64,000 bases of DNA, from the NCBI GenBank assembly GCA_041749335.1, contig JBGTBM010000007.1, positions 85,408 to 149,407 on the forward strand, in the 5' to 3' direction. The position numbers and the translations under genes are program-made. Below are positions 39,850 through 50,359 of this stretch, piece by piece (within the stretch, counting starts at the first letter, position 1; every line of letters begins with the position of its first letter). The notes below the pieces were generated by a model. The model was given only the letters and a program-made list of their open reading frames with translations. It searched no databases and was not told the origin of the DNA. Source of the DNA: Patescibacteria group bacterium. Lineage in GTDB: Bacteria; Patescibacteriota; JABMPQ01.

Positions 39850-40947
39850 GTAAGCATCTTTAAGCTGCTTAGTGCTGTTTATATCCATAAAATTTTCTTT
39901 TACTCTCTTGTATCCATTAAGTCCCAAATTTTTAGCTAGACTTGGCTCATTATATAGAGTTTTGACAGCTTGGGCGATTTCTGTCGCATTCCCTTCATTA
40001 ACCAAAATCCCAGTTTTTCCATCAATAATTGCTTCTTGAACACCGAAATGTTTTGTGCCGATAACCGGTTTTTTGAATAAGTTGGCTTCCAGATAAACGC
40101 AGCCAAAGCTTTCATAGCCACCGGGAGGATTAGATACCAGCTTGGGTGTCATAAGAAAAATATCACAATCGGTATAAAGTTTAGCCATTATATCAATATT
40201 TTTAACATCTCCTAAAAATTTAACCTTATCTGTTAAATCTAGCTTTTTTGTTAAATTTTTAAATTTAGTAAGATTTGGACCGCTACCGGCAACATTCAGT
40301 TTAATATTTTTAATATTGTTTTTTAATACATTAATCGATTTAATAATATCATCTAATCCTTTTCTTCTAATTAATCTACCAGCAAAAAACAAAGTAAAGC
40401 TTTGATCATCTTTATGGTATTTATCTAAGTATTGCAAATATTCACTATTTACGCCGGGGTTAACAATATAGACTTTGTGATGATAATTATTTGGTACAAA
40501 ATCCCTAGTTGATTGCGAATTAACGATGATTTTATTTGCGAGCTTTTGGACAATAATAATTTTCAATTTGGCAAATAAATTACCGCTTTCTATAACGTCA
40601 TACATTTCCCCGCCATAAAGGGATACGATTGGTCTTTTTCTCAGTAAAAATAAAAATAAAATAAAGTGTTGAATATTATTTATTCCTTCAAGAAAATGGA
40701 AAATATCAAAATTGTTTTTATGGGAATATGCAAATTTTAATATTTGCGTGAGATTATTCTTGGGGTACCGGTAAATTATGCCTTGATAATAATTTTCTTC
40801 ATTAATATCCTCATATTTAGCAATACTCAAGATATTTGGAGAGATATAAAACTTAGGCAAGTTCTTAGTATAATTAATAACTCTGGTTTGGATGCCTCCG
40901 GTTCTTTCTTCTGCCAATTTTTCACAAATAATTAATACTTTTTTCAT
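39844..40947 (-). CDS. Glycosyltransferase family 4
   Basis: ESFGCVYLEANLFKKPVIGTKHFGVQEAIIDGKTGILV. Confidence 0.8.
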   Translation of the reverse strand: MKKVLIICEKLAEERTGGIQTRVINYTKNLPKFYISPNILSIAKYEDINEENYYQGIIYRYPKNNLTQILKFAYSHKNNFDIFHFLEGINNIQHFILFLFLLRKRPIVSLYGGEMYDVIESGNLFAKLKIIIVQKLANKIIVNSQSTRDFVPNNYHHKVYIVNPGVNSEYLQYLDKYHKDDQSFTLFFAGRLIRRKGLDDIIKSINVLKNNIKNIKLNVAGSGPNLTKFKNLTKKLDLTDKVKFLGDVKNIDIMAKLYTDCDIFLMTPKLVSNPPGGYESFGCVYLEANLFKKPVIGTKHFGVQEAIIDGKTGILVNEGNATEIAQAVKTLYNEPSLAKNLGLNGYKRVKENFMDINSTKQLKDAYL

Positions 40948-41873
40948 TAAATTATTCTTCTTTTACTAAGTTCGGGGCAAGTTTGGCAAAGCTTTACAAT
41001 ATTTTTACCATTATATTGCCTTTTCATAATTTTGCGGAAATTTTTCATTTTCTTACCATTCCAAACCTTCTTTACCCCAACTTCAAAAACATTGCCTAAA
41101 TTAATAGAACAATCAGCGTCATAGCAGCAGGGAGCGACATCGCCATTCCATTGAATGGTCATATGATACCAGGGCCGGATGCAATATCCGCTTTTTTCTA
41201 TCACTCTTTGATATTTTGGATTTTTTGGAATAATGTCTTTATATTTATCCTGTAATCTTTTATCTAAAAACCAGGCTGATTTTAAGCTTAGTTTATCTAC
41301 TTCAAGCTTTTTCGCCATTTGCTTAATATCTTCGACCTCATGCTCATTATGGCGCATAATAATAAATTGCAATTCAACTAAAATATTTTTGTCTTTTTTA
41401 GCACATAATTCTTTAATGCTTGCTATAACGGTTTCAAAATTACCGTTTTGGCGGTATTTCTCATATGTAGCTTTTGAAGCCCCATCTAAAGAAATCATAA
41501 TTTTATTAATTTGCGAGTCAATTAATTCGTCGATTTTTCCCGGTAGAAAATGAGCATTGGTGCTGGTGACAACCTTGATGCCTTTATTTCTGGCATATTT
41601 AATCATTTTAAATAAATCTTTGTTTAAAAAGGGCTCTCCATAATTCCAAAGCATCACCATTTCTAAGCTTTTTTTGCACTCATCTATGATCTTTTTAAAA
41701 TTATCGAATGTCATATAACCCTTCGGTCTTTTTAAAATACCGCAGCCGGTAGGGCAGCCAGGACATTTAAGATTACAAATGTTGGTTGGTTCAATCAGTA
41801 GATTCGAAGGTAGGCCAAAAGACGTTTGGTTTTTTAAATATTTATTTATTTTTATAAATATTTTATTAAGCAT
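40947..41873 (-). CDS. Radical SAM protein with SPASM domain (second copy in the locus)
   Basis: CNLKCPGC (CX3CX2C); C-terminal CIRPW...APCCYDADC...CQTCPE. Confidence 0.75.
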   Translation of the reverse strand: MLNKIFIKINKYLKNQTSFGLPSNLLIEPTNICNLKCPGCPTGCGILKRPKGYMTFDNFKKIIDECKKSLEMVMLWNYGEPFLNKDLFKMIKYARNKGIKVVTSTNAHFLPGKIDELIDSQINKIMISLDGASKATYEKYRQNGNFETVIASIKELCAKKDKNILVELQFIIMRHNEHEVEDIKQMAKKLEVDKLSLKSAWFLDKRLQDKYKDIIPKNPKYQRVIEKSGYCIRPWYHMTIQWNGDVAPCCYDADCSINLGNVFEVGVKKVWNGKKMKNFRKIMKRQYNGKNIVKLCQTCPELSKRRII

Positions 41874-41941
41874 ATATCTAATATTATTTTATTATCTATA
41901 ACAATAAATTGTTAAGTCGTCTATTTGAATACAAATATAAT

Positions 41942-43678
41942 TTATGATTTATAAAATAAGTTATACCATAAATGAAAATGTACATATCTGCTTCCAGGAT
42001 AAGCTAATTCATTGTTTATATTCAATAGATCCCTGTTTACTTTATATGAATTAAATAAATTATTTATATAGTTTTTATTGGTACTATTAATAGCGGGTAT
42101 ATTCACTCTAGGCGGAATATTTTTGTTTTGATCATAGGTAGAAGGAATTTTCATTATTGATGGGTTAATATTAAATAATATTTTTTTATATAAATTTATT
42201 TTATTTTTATACTGATGGGGAATGGACAGGGTAAAATTTATAAGATCATTATCAAGGAAAGGAAGATAACTCTCTCTTTTTGTTAGAAGAATTGAGTTGG
42301 GAGCTAACGATATTGCTCGTCTCGTGCGGTTTTTTAAAAAGTAATAAGTTATTATATTGTTTTTATTTTTAATAAATTTTAGTTCGGATAAAATGGAACT
42401 AATAATATTTTTATTAATTAGTGTTTTAATGTCATCCTTGAACATCTTGGAAATTAAATTCGAATTAATATCTTTCAGGTTACCCTTTTTATTTAATAAG
42501 TTATCTACTAATAAATTATAATCTTTATTTTTAATAAAATTATCAACCTCGGATTGTCTTATAAAATTTTTACCAAAAGTCACGTCTCCAGCTATTCCAT
42601 CGAAGTTATATTTATAATTTGCTAAATCTTCTACTAATGGCATCATCCATAGATGCTGATCAGTTATACCATCTAAAATATTAAACCATTTTAGATAATA
42701 ACTTTTATATAAATTATTGGGTAAAGGAATAAATTTATGTTTAAAATTTAATAATTTGGCAATATTTTTTGCAATAATTTCGTCTTCTCTAGAACCAAAT
42801 TCATTTAGAGATGTAAATAAGGATAGGTTGGTTCGAGTGAAAAATTTTATTATCATTGATATGCATCTCGAATCGTATCCACCACTCAATAAACAATCTG
42901 CCCTTTTTAAGTTGTTACAACAGCGTTTAACTGCTTGTTTTATTAAAAATGATCCTTTGTCAACTAAATAATCTTCATTTAGATTATGAGACTCGATAAT
43001 ATCATCATACGTCCAGTAATTTATTATTGAAAATTTATTATTTTTATATTTCAAAATTGAAGCGGGGGGTAAAACTAATATATTTTTAAAAAAAGTATTA
43101 TTTCCATTTATTGATCCAAGATACATAAAATCTGACCAGGCCTTCCAATCTATTTCCCTTTTTACTTTTTTGTTATATGTGATTGATTTTATTTCAGAAG
43201 CAAAAATAAATGAACTATTATTCTTATAAAAATATAATGGTCTAAAGCCATAGCGGTCGTTAAATATTAGTAATAAATCTTTAAAATTATCATAAATAAT
43301 AATATTAAAAATGCCATTGAGTCTTTTAATAAAATTTTCGTTATATTCAATATATAAATTTAATATATATTCATTAATAGAAAAATTATTCGAAAATTTA
43401 TATCCTTTTTTAATTAATAAGTTGACATCATCATGAAAATTCAACAAATATCCAGAAAAAATTACACAAATAGATTTATCTTTATTCCAAAATAATTTAT
43501 TTTTATAATTAATTGAATTAATTTGGCCAATGCCGCAAATATTATTTGCAAAAATTGAAATATTTGGGCTTTGGGCGTGGTTCATTAATTTGCTCATTTC
43601 AATAAGACTGGAATGTTTTATTTCCTTTTTTATATCTCTATCAAAAATACCGCAAATTTTTGTTGTTTCTGAAAACAT
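41942..43678 (-). CDS. Asparagine synthetase-like amidotransferase paralog with the N-terminal catalytic Cys displaced (Cys at residue 9)
   Basis: PP-loop LLSGGYDSRCIS. N-terminal MFSETTKICGIF instead of MCGI. 578 aa. Confidence 0.6.
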   Translation of the reverse strand: MFSETTKICGIFDRDIKKEIKHSSLIEMSKLMNHAQSPNISIFANNICGIGQINSINYKNKLFWNKDKSICVIFSGYLLNFHDDVNLLIKKGYKFSNNFSINEYILNLYIEYNENFIKRLNGIFNIIIYDNFKDLLLIFNDRYGFRPLYFYKNNSSFIFASEIKSITYNKKVKREIDWKAWSDFMYLGSINGNNTFFKNILVLPPASILKYKNNKFSIINYWTYDDIIESHNLNEDYLVDKGSFLIKQAVKRCCNNLKRADCLLSGGYDSRCISMIIKFFTRTNLSLFTSLNEFGSREDEIIAKNIAKLLNFKHKFIPLPNNLYKSYYLKWFNILDGITDQHLWMMPLVEDLANYKYNFDGIAGDVTFGKNFIRQSEVDNFIKNKDYNLLVDNLLNKKGNLKDINSNLISKMFKDDIKTLINKNIISSILSELKFIKNKNNIITYYFLKNRTRRAISLAPNSILLTKRESYLPFLDNDLINFTLSIPHQYKNKINLYKKILFNINPSIMKIPSTYDQNKNIPPRVNIPAINSTNKNYINNLFNSYKVNRDLLNINNELAYPGSRYVHFHLWYNLFYKS

Positions 43679-43698
43679 AATAATTTTAAATAATAGAT

Positions 43699-45579
43699 TT
43701 AAAAATATATTTTAAACCACAACTCCAATGTTAATAAATTCCAAAAATTATTTCCTAAGTTTCTTTCCTTTTCTAAATGACTTTTAAAATAATCTTCTAG
43801 TTTATCTTTTTTAAAAATACTGCAGACAAAAGAATTATTTCCCATAATAATGTCTTGCAGATAATCTTTTAATTCACCTCTAAACCATTCATTGACCGGA
43901 ATGCCAAAGCCCATTTTCTTTCTATGAATTATTTGATCGGGCACAATTCCTTGAATTATTTCTTTCAAGAAATGCTTGGTATTATAACCTTTAAGTTTAT
44001 GTTTTATATCCAATTGCGCACATAATTCTACTAATTCATGGTCTAAGAGTGGAACTCTGCCTTCAATTCCATGAGCCATAGAAGCAATATCAAGCTTAGT
44101 CATTAAGTCATCCGGAATAAACGAGTAATAGTCTATATAAAAAATTTTATCTAATTCGTGTTCAAAAAATTTATCTTTAATTATTCGATTATAAAAATTG
44201 TTTGAGTTCTCTAATACTTTATCAATAAACTCTTGCTTTAAATAATTACTTTTTTGCTCTTTATTTAAATAAGCTCGGAAATTAAAAAACGCAGATTCGG
44301 AATCATTTGATAGCTGGCTGATAAATTTATCATCGAGGGCCAGGAAATTTGTTTTTAATATATTATTAAAATATAGATTATTTAATTTTGTGCAAAATTT
44401 ACGTAAAAACTTGGGATATTTTTGGATAAGGTTGAGATATTTTTGTTTTATATAATAACTATAACCGCCAAAGTCTTCATCTCCGCCTTCGCCACACAGA
44501 GAAACAGTTATATGTTGGGAGGCATATTCGGATAAATTATATAAAGGTAACATTGATGAATCTCCGAAGGGCTCTTCATAGTATTCCACAATTTTTTCCA
44601 GATCGGAAAAAGAGCTGGGCTTGAGGTAAAGTTCATGGTGTTCAGTCTGATATTTATCGACAATTAATTTTATGTATTTACCTTCATCATATTTGGGCAC
44701 TTCGGACCTGATAGAAAATGTTTTGATCGGCTTGTTTGAATTCATGGCCATATAATGAGCAACTAAGCTGCTATCAATACCTCCGCTTAAAAAAACTCCC
44801 AATGGCACATCTGAAATCATTCTTAATTTAACTGATTCCTCAATTTTTTCTAAAAAAATGTTCTTTAGGTCTTTTGGGTGGAAAGCTAACTTATTATTGA
44901 AATCAAGATCCCAATATCTTTTTATTTCAAATTTATTATTATCTAAATTTAAAATAAAATAATGGGCTTGGGGGAGCTTGTAAATATTTTTAAATCCGGT
45001 TCTGGGGTGGGGAACATATGAAAAAGATAAATAGTCATAAATGGCCTGGTAGTCAATTTCCTTTTTTACCTCAGAGTTAACCAAAATTGCTTTAAGTTCA
45101 GAGGCAAAAATGAAATTATTATTATCCAGATAATATTTAAGTGGCTTTACTCCCAACCGGTCTCTGGCGCCCCAGACAATGTTTTTTTTCTTGTCGTAAA
45201 TTACAAAAGAAAACATTCCTCGTAATTTTTTAAGGGCTTCGTATCCATATTTATCATATAAATAGATAATAACTTCGGTATCGGTTTGGGATTTAAATTT
45301 ATATCCGTGACTTTGTAATTCGTTACGCAACGCTTTGTAATTGTATATTTCTCCATTAAAAGTAATAACTATTTTGCCATCTTCGGACTTCATTGGTTGA
45401 TGACCAAGAGGCGATAGATCAATAATGGATAATCTTTTGTGCCCCAGTCCAATATATTTATCAATAAAAATACCTTCATCGTCTGGACCGCGGTGATTGA
45501 TTTTTTCCAGCATCAGCTTAATGTCTTGCTGCAAAATTGGAGTACTATCTAATTTTATCTTACCGGCAATGCCGCACAT
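43699..45579 (-). CDS. Asparagine synthase (glutamine-hydrolysing) family amidotransferase
   Basis: N-terminal MCGIAGKI (class II glutamine amidotransferase nucleophile), PP-loop GVFLSGGIDSSLVA. Confidence 0.85.
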   Translation of the reverse strand: MCGIAGKIKLDSTPILQQDIKLMLEKINHRGPDDEGIFIDKYIGLGHKRLSIIDLSPLGHQPMKSEDGKIVITFNGEIYNYKALRNELQSHGYKFKSQTDTEVIIYLYDKYGYEALKKLRGMFSFVIYDKKKNIVWGARDRLGVKPLKYYLDNNNFIFASELKAILVNSEVKKEIDYQAIYDYLSFSYVPHPRTGFKNIYKLPQAHYFILNLDNNKFEIKRYWDLDFNNKLAFHPKDLKNIFLEKIEESVKLRMISDVPLGVFLSGGIDSSLVAHYMAMNSNKPIKTFSIRSEVPKYDEGKYIKLIVDKYQTEHHELYLKPSSFSDLEKIVEYYEEPFGDSSMLPLYNLSEYASQHITVSLCGEGGDEDFGGYSYYIKQKYLNLIQKYPKFLRKFCTKLNNLYFNNILKTNFLALDDKFISQLSNDSESAFFNFRAYLNKEQKSNYLKQEFIDKVLENSNNFYNRIIKDKFFEHELDKIFYIDYYSFIPDDLMTKLDIASMAHGIEGRVPLLDHELVELCAQLDIKHKLKGYNTKHFLKEIIQGIVPDQIIHRKKMGFGIPVNEWFRGELKDYLQDIIMGNNSFVCSIFKKDKLEDYFKSHLEKERNLGNNFWNLLTLELWFKIYF

Positions 45580-45833
45580 AAAGATTAATTTAAATCTAAT
45601 TTATGGTTTTAATGATATATGATATAAGGAAATATATAAATAATAAATTTATAAAATCAAAACCATTAAAAAAACAAATATCGCATTTGATATTATCTAG
45701 GCTTTCAATTATTTTATTTTATGATTTATACCCCAGCTCTTTAAAGAATAGATGTACAACTTTAAAGAGTTCATTAAATACATTAGTTAAATATCCTTTA
45801 TGGACGTAAACTTTGATTGTCGCTTAATTATTA

Positions 45834-46625
45834 TTACCTTGTAAATAGGATGGTTCCAGTCGATTTGTGATTTTCATGTTTATTAAAATAGTCAACCTTA
45901 AACCCAGTTCGTACTAAAAATATTTTTAAATTACTAATATTATAATTGTTATTATCTAAATTGTGATATTCAAGAACTATTTGATTTATTTTTTTTAAAA
46001 TATTATCAGGAGTATTAAGTAATATCTTATATTCTGCGCCTTCACAATCTAATTTTAATAGATCTAAATAATTAACATTTTCTTTTATAAAAAAATTTTC
46101 TAAAGATATTGTTTTAATTTTAAAATATAAATCCGCTTTGTTGGTATAGATGTTATGACCCCCAGTATTTTTAAAATTTATATATAATATTTCAGAGTCT
46201 TCGCTAGAAACACCCATCTTATATGATTTAACATTTTTAAGTTTGTTGGTTTTTATATTCTTTTTTAATAGTTTATAATTCCATTTCATTGGCTCAAAAC
46301 AATATATATTACCTGTTTTTACAATTTGTGAAATTTTTAAAGCAAAACAACCGATTTGTGCTCCGATATCAATTATATTTGAATTTTTGTTAATTTTTAG
46401 TTTATCAAATGGATATTCGTTAGAATAAAAAATTTCGCTAATTATATATTCGTCAGTTGTTTTATTTCTATATCTAATTTTAATGCCATCAATATTTTTG
46501 TATCTAATAAAGATATTGGGATGGTTAAGTAATATATTTTGATATTTCCAAGGAAGTCTTTGTTCAAACAGGACAGCTTTAAATAAAGAAGTAGATTTAT
46601 TACTATAGTTATTTAAGGATTTCAT
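45834..46625 (-). CDS. FkbM-family methyltransferase
   Basis: IIDIGAQIGCFALKIS...IYCFEP pattern. Confidence 0.55.
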   Translation of the reverse strand: MKSLNNYSNKSTSLFKAVLFEQRLPWKYQNILLNHPNIFIRYKNIDGIKIRYRNKTTDEYIISEIFYSNEYPFDKLKINKNSNIIDIGAQIGCFALKISQIVKTGNIYCFEPMKWNYKLLKKNIKTNKLKNVKSYKMGVSSEDSEILYINFKNTGGHNIYTNKADLYFKIKTISLENFFIKENVNYLDLLKLDCEGAEYKILLNTPDNILKKINQIVLEYHNLDNNNYNISNLKIFLVRTGFKVDYFNKHENHKSTGTILFTR

Positions 46626-47792
46626 TTAGATGCTATTTAATAATTTAATAAAATTTATGGCAATATCACTCCACTGGAAATTTTTCGCAGTCAATCTTGC
46701 ATTGTTGCCAATTTTTATAATTAAATCTTTATTATTAATTAGAATTTTAATTATATTATATAATTCGTAATAATTTTTTGTCGGAACTATAAAACCGTTG
46801 AAATTATTTTGGATTATGTCTGCTACACCGGTTTTATTAGAAATGATAACTGGCAAAGCGCATGCCATTGCCTCGGAAGCAGTTAAACCCCAGCCGTCAA
46901 GCAATGACGGAAGGGTAAAAATATCATGAGTCTGATAGAGTTTGAGTAATTCCTGGTCACTTACGTCTTCTCGTATATTAACTCCGGGAATTTTTATATC
47001 TTTAATGTTATGGCTTAAAATTGTTAATTCAATATTATATTTATTTTGTAAAAGTTCATATGCCTTAAGCAGATAGGAAAGGCCTTTACGAGTTGCGCCA
47101 TTGCCGGCAAAAAGAATTCTAAATTTATCATCATCAGGTTTATATTTTGCGGGTTTAAAAAAATCTGTATCAGTGCCATGCGGAAGAACCATAATATTAT
47201 TTTTAGGCCAGCCTTCTTTTATACAATTATTTTTAATGATTTTGGAAGGAACGATAACAAATTCATTTTTTGATTTTGGACGGTATAAATTATTCACTAA
47301 AATTCTTTGTTTATAATCTTCAGGATTGTCCCAAAAAACATTTTCTTTATATTTATAAGGTTTTTCATTCTTTAAAATATCCATAGAAGTATCGGATTCG
47401 TCATGCCCCATAAATATTAGAAATTTTACTTTTTTTATGCGGCAAATAAATCTAATCAATGGCACTAATGATTTACTTTGATAAATACTTTTACTTACCA
47501 AGCCAAACACATCAGGGGGACAAATAAAAAATTTAATTAAATCAATTATTTGTTTAAGGCCAGATCTAAAAATGAATATATTTTTTTGGAGGGAGTAGGG
47601 GGTGGGCGGTTTTTTTGATAATTTAATTATATTGAAACCTTGATTCTCCAACGATTTGATTAAATTATAAATAACTAAATATTCAGATATTTTATTTTTA
47701 AATATATTGTTCTGAATTTTTAATAAATGGGGCCAATAATAATGATAAAAAGCTATTTTCATATTATAAATAACACCCTCCCTCCCTTTCAA
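46626..47792 (-). CDS. Glycosyltransferase family 4
   Basis: LPSLLDGWGLTASEAMACALPVIISNKTGVADIIQNNFNGFIV. Confidence 0.8.
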   Translation of the reverse strand: MKGREGVIYNMKIAFYHYYWPHLLKIQNNIFKNKISEYLVIYNLIKSLENQGFNIIKLSKKPPTPYSLQKNIFIFRSGLKQIIDLIKFFICPPDVFGLVSKSIYQSKSLVPLIRFICRIKKVKFLIFMGHDESDTSMDILKNEKPYKYKENVFWDNPEDYKQRILVNNLYRPKSKNEFVIVPSKIIKNNCIKEGWPKNNIMVLPHGTDTDFFKPAKYKPDDDKFRILFAGNGATRKGLSYLLKAYELLQNKYNIELTILSHNIKDIKIPGVNIREDVSDQELLKLYQTHDIFTLPSLLDGWGLTASEAMACALPVIISNKTGVADIIQNNFNGFIVPTKNYYELYNIIKILINNKDLIIKIGNNARLTAKNFQWSDIAINFIKLLNSI

Positions 47793-49608
47793 TTTTCCTT
47801 TTGTATATTATTTGTGGAAGCATAATAATATTTCTAATATATGAAATTATATAAAGTAGGGGATTTCTACTTTCTTTGGGTAACTTAAAATAATGTTTGA
47901 AAGAAACATATTTTATTAGTTTTAATAAATTTTTATTTGGATCTTTTAAAAATCTCCTGATTTCATTGCTACAGAATAGAAAGTACATTTTATAAAACAT
48001 ATAATTCTTTTTCTTGGCACTGGTTTTAAAGCCATAATGATAAATTATGCTTTGTGGTACGAGGTATAGATCAAATCCATGGAATCTGGCTCTTTGACAC
48101 CAATCATACTCTTCCTGATAACAAAAATATGCACGGTCAAATAATCCTACTTTTTCTAATGCCTTTCTTTTAAAAAGGATCGTGCATCCGACTAATTTCC
48201 CCGTGGTTTTTGCTTTGGCGTTTTGTTGATCTGATAATTCCAAATGAGAGGGATTATTAAATCCCTTCATCGGCCCTTGAATGTATTTTCTGTCTCCGCT
48301 AAGAATTAATGGTCCCATCGCTCCAGCAGCAAAATTATTTTCGCCAATCTGCACTAATTTATTCAGCCAATTTGGATCAACTTCGGTATCATTATTTATT
48401 ACTGCGATATATTCAGCATTATGACGATATGCATATCTTAAACCCTTATTATTACCACCAGCATATCCTAAATTTTTATCAAGTTTTAATATTTCTATTC
48501 CAGGAAAATTATTTTTTGTATATTGAATGCTTTCGTCGGTGCTATTATTATCTACTAATAAAATTTTATAATTTTGATAATCCGTCGTTAATAAAGAGGG
48601 AATGCACTTTTTTAACCATTCCAGCCCGTTATAATTAAGTACAATAATATAAACTAAGGGATCAATCGTTTTAATATTATTATCGTAATCTTTATCCAAT
48701 TCATTTTTTCTATTTTTTGAATGGTAAATTTTCATTACTTGCTCATGCAACTTGCGGCTTATTTGATCCATTAATTCTTTATTTTCAATAAAATTATCAT
48801 AATGAGCATTGTTGAATTTTGTTAAATCTTTTACTGGTCTCTTACCGACGATTTTAAATCCCATCTCGATAAATTTCTGCTTAATCATTTCTCTTCCCAT
48901 ATTTTCGTTTTTTCCACTTTCGGTTCTTCTTGTATCTTTAATATCTCTATTATCAATATGGTAAACTATATTTTTCATTTTCTTCGTTTTGTTGTTCAAA
49001 AAAGCTTCCAGCCGGTACATTAATTCCAGGTCTTGCCCTCTAAGGCCAGCAAAAAGTATTTTATCGAATCCGCCAATTTTAAAATAAATATTTTTTAATA
49101 TAATTCCAGTACCTGATAAAGATACGCCTTCATATTTTTTACTAAAACCCATGATGTGATATTTTTCCAGACGATAAATATTATTAATTATATCTTTTTC
49201 GGTAACATCGTATTTAAGATGAATTCTTTTGCCGACCACAGCATGAAATCGCTTGCTTCTTCCGGGAAAACTGATCCACCGATACATTTTTTTTAAAGTA
49301 TCAGGGAAAAGGACTATATCGCAATCCATAAATAAAAGATATTTACCTTGGGCGTTCCTGGCCCCCATATCTCTAGCCGCGGCCGGGTTAAAGAGATTTT
49401 CGGGATTTTCCCTTTTTAGATATTTTATCGGGAAGTATTCGCTAAAACTTTCAGTAATTTTCTTTGTTTTTGAAGAAGTTCCGCCATCGTCACACACCAA
49501 AACATCAAAGTTTTTATAAGTTTGATTGATTAAGGAAGATAAAGTTTTTCTTAAAAAATCATCTCTATTATAAGTCGGGATAATTATTGAAATATTTATC
49601 TTATTCAT
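47764..49608 (-). CDS. Bifunctional glycosyltransferase with two GT2 domains
   Basis: ISIIIPTYNRDDFLRKTLSSLINQTYKNFDVLVCDDGG (domain 1) and YIIVLNYNGLEWLKKCIPSLLTTDYQNYKILLVDNNSTDES (domain 2). Confidence 0.85.
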   Translation of the reverse strand: MNKINISIIIPTYNRDDFLRKTLSSLINQTYKNFDVLVCDDGGTSSKTKKITESFSEYFPIKYLKRENPENLFNPAAARDMGARNAQGKYLLFMDCDIVLFPDTLKKMYRWISFPGRSKRFHAVVGKRIHLKYDVTEKDIINNIYRLEKYHIMGFSKKYEGVSLSGTGIILKNIYFKIGGFDKILFAGLRGQDLELMYRLEAFLNNKTKKMKNIVYHIDNRDIKDTRRTESGKNENMGREMIKQKFIEMGFKIVGKRPVKDLTKFNNAHYDNFIENKELMDQISRKLHEQVMKIYHSKNRKNELDKDYDNNIKTIDPLVYIIVLNYNGLEWLKKCIPSLLTTDYQNYKILLVDNNSTDESIQYTKNNFPGIEILKLDKNLGYAGGNNKGLRYAYRHNAEYIAVINNDTEVDPNWLNKLVQIGENNFAAGAMGPLILSGDRKYIQGPMKGFNNPSHLELSDQQNAKAKTTGKLVGCTILFKRKALEKVGLFDRAYFCYQEEYDWCQRARFHGFDLYLVPQSIIYHYGFKTSAKKKNYMFYKMYFLFCSNEIRRFLKDPNKNLLKLIKYVSFKHYFKLPKESRNPLLYIISYIRNIIMLPQIIYKRKIEREGGCYL

Positions 49609-50359
49609 ATTTTTGACATACTAAACATATTCTACGCGCATTAATTTCTTCAGCTAGTAAAAAATGTTTTTTGTAATATTTATAAATATAATTTAATGAT
49701 TTTCGATGATTTAATATATAATACTTATTTGATAATGCTTTGGCGATGTATCTAATTATTTTAGACCTTTTATTTAGAAAATAAACTTCTTTAATCTTAA
49801 AATAACCTTTTAAGTATTTTTTTAATAATGTTAAGTTAAAATGTTGATAATGATGATTATCAACCGGTTCATTTGTACTGGGGACGCTTAAAATTAATAA
49901 GCCGTTTGAATTAATCAAATTATATATAGCCCGGATGAATTGATTTATCTCTTGAGGTTTAATATGCTCAAGAGTTTCTATTAATGTTGCAATATCAAAG
50001 GTGCTGCCAGCATGCTTGTCGTCTGTGATATCTTTATTAATAAAATTAATTTCAGGTGTAATAGCGCTGGCCATTTTTATCGCTCTTTGTGAATAATCAA
50101 TTCCAGAAAGAATCTTGCCGGGTATTCTTTTATTTAATTCATTTAAAAATTTTCCGTCACCGCAGCCGATATCAATAAGTTTAGTAAAATTTATATTTTT
50201 AAGAATGTTTAATATAAATGTAATATAAGCCGAATACTCATAACCCCATTTAATATATTTATTTTGAGAAAAAAAATTATCTGAAATTGTAATTAAATGA
50301 TGATATGGAAATCCATATTTATTCTCTTGAATTGCTTGTGGTTTATCAAGTTTAGCCAT
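49601..50359 (-). CDS. Class I SAM-dependent methyltransferase
   Basis: LIDIGCGDGKFL (motif I), ILSGIDYS, LLILSVP. Confidence 0.75.
   Translation of the reverse strand: MAKLDKPQAIQENKYGFPYHHLITISDNFFSQNKYIKWGYEYSAYITFILNILKNINFTKLIDIGCGDGKFLNELNKRIPGKILSGIDYSQRAIKMASAITPEINFINKDITDDKHAGSTFDIATLIETLEHIKPQEINQFIRAIYNLINSNGLLILSVPSTNEPVDNHHYQHFNLTLLKKYLKGYFKIKEVYFLNKRSKIIRYIAKALSNKYYILNHRKSLNYIYKYYKKHFLLAEEINARRICLVCQKYE

Noticed and set aside
40744-43715. Small plus-strand ORFs antisense to the minus-strand glycan genes (40744..40935, 41233..41553, 42717..42971, 43530..43715, and similar ones elsewhere in the locus)
   Set aside because: Each is fully contained in a longer, motif-supported gene on the opposite strand. 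The AT-rich, Lys/Ile/Phe-rich translations are typical of antisense noise.
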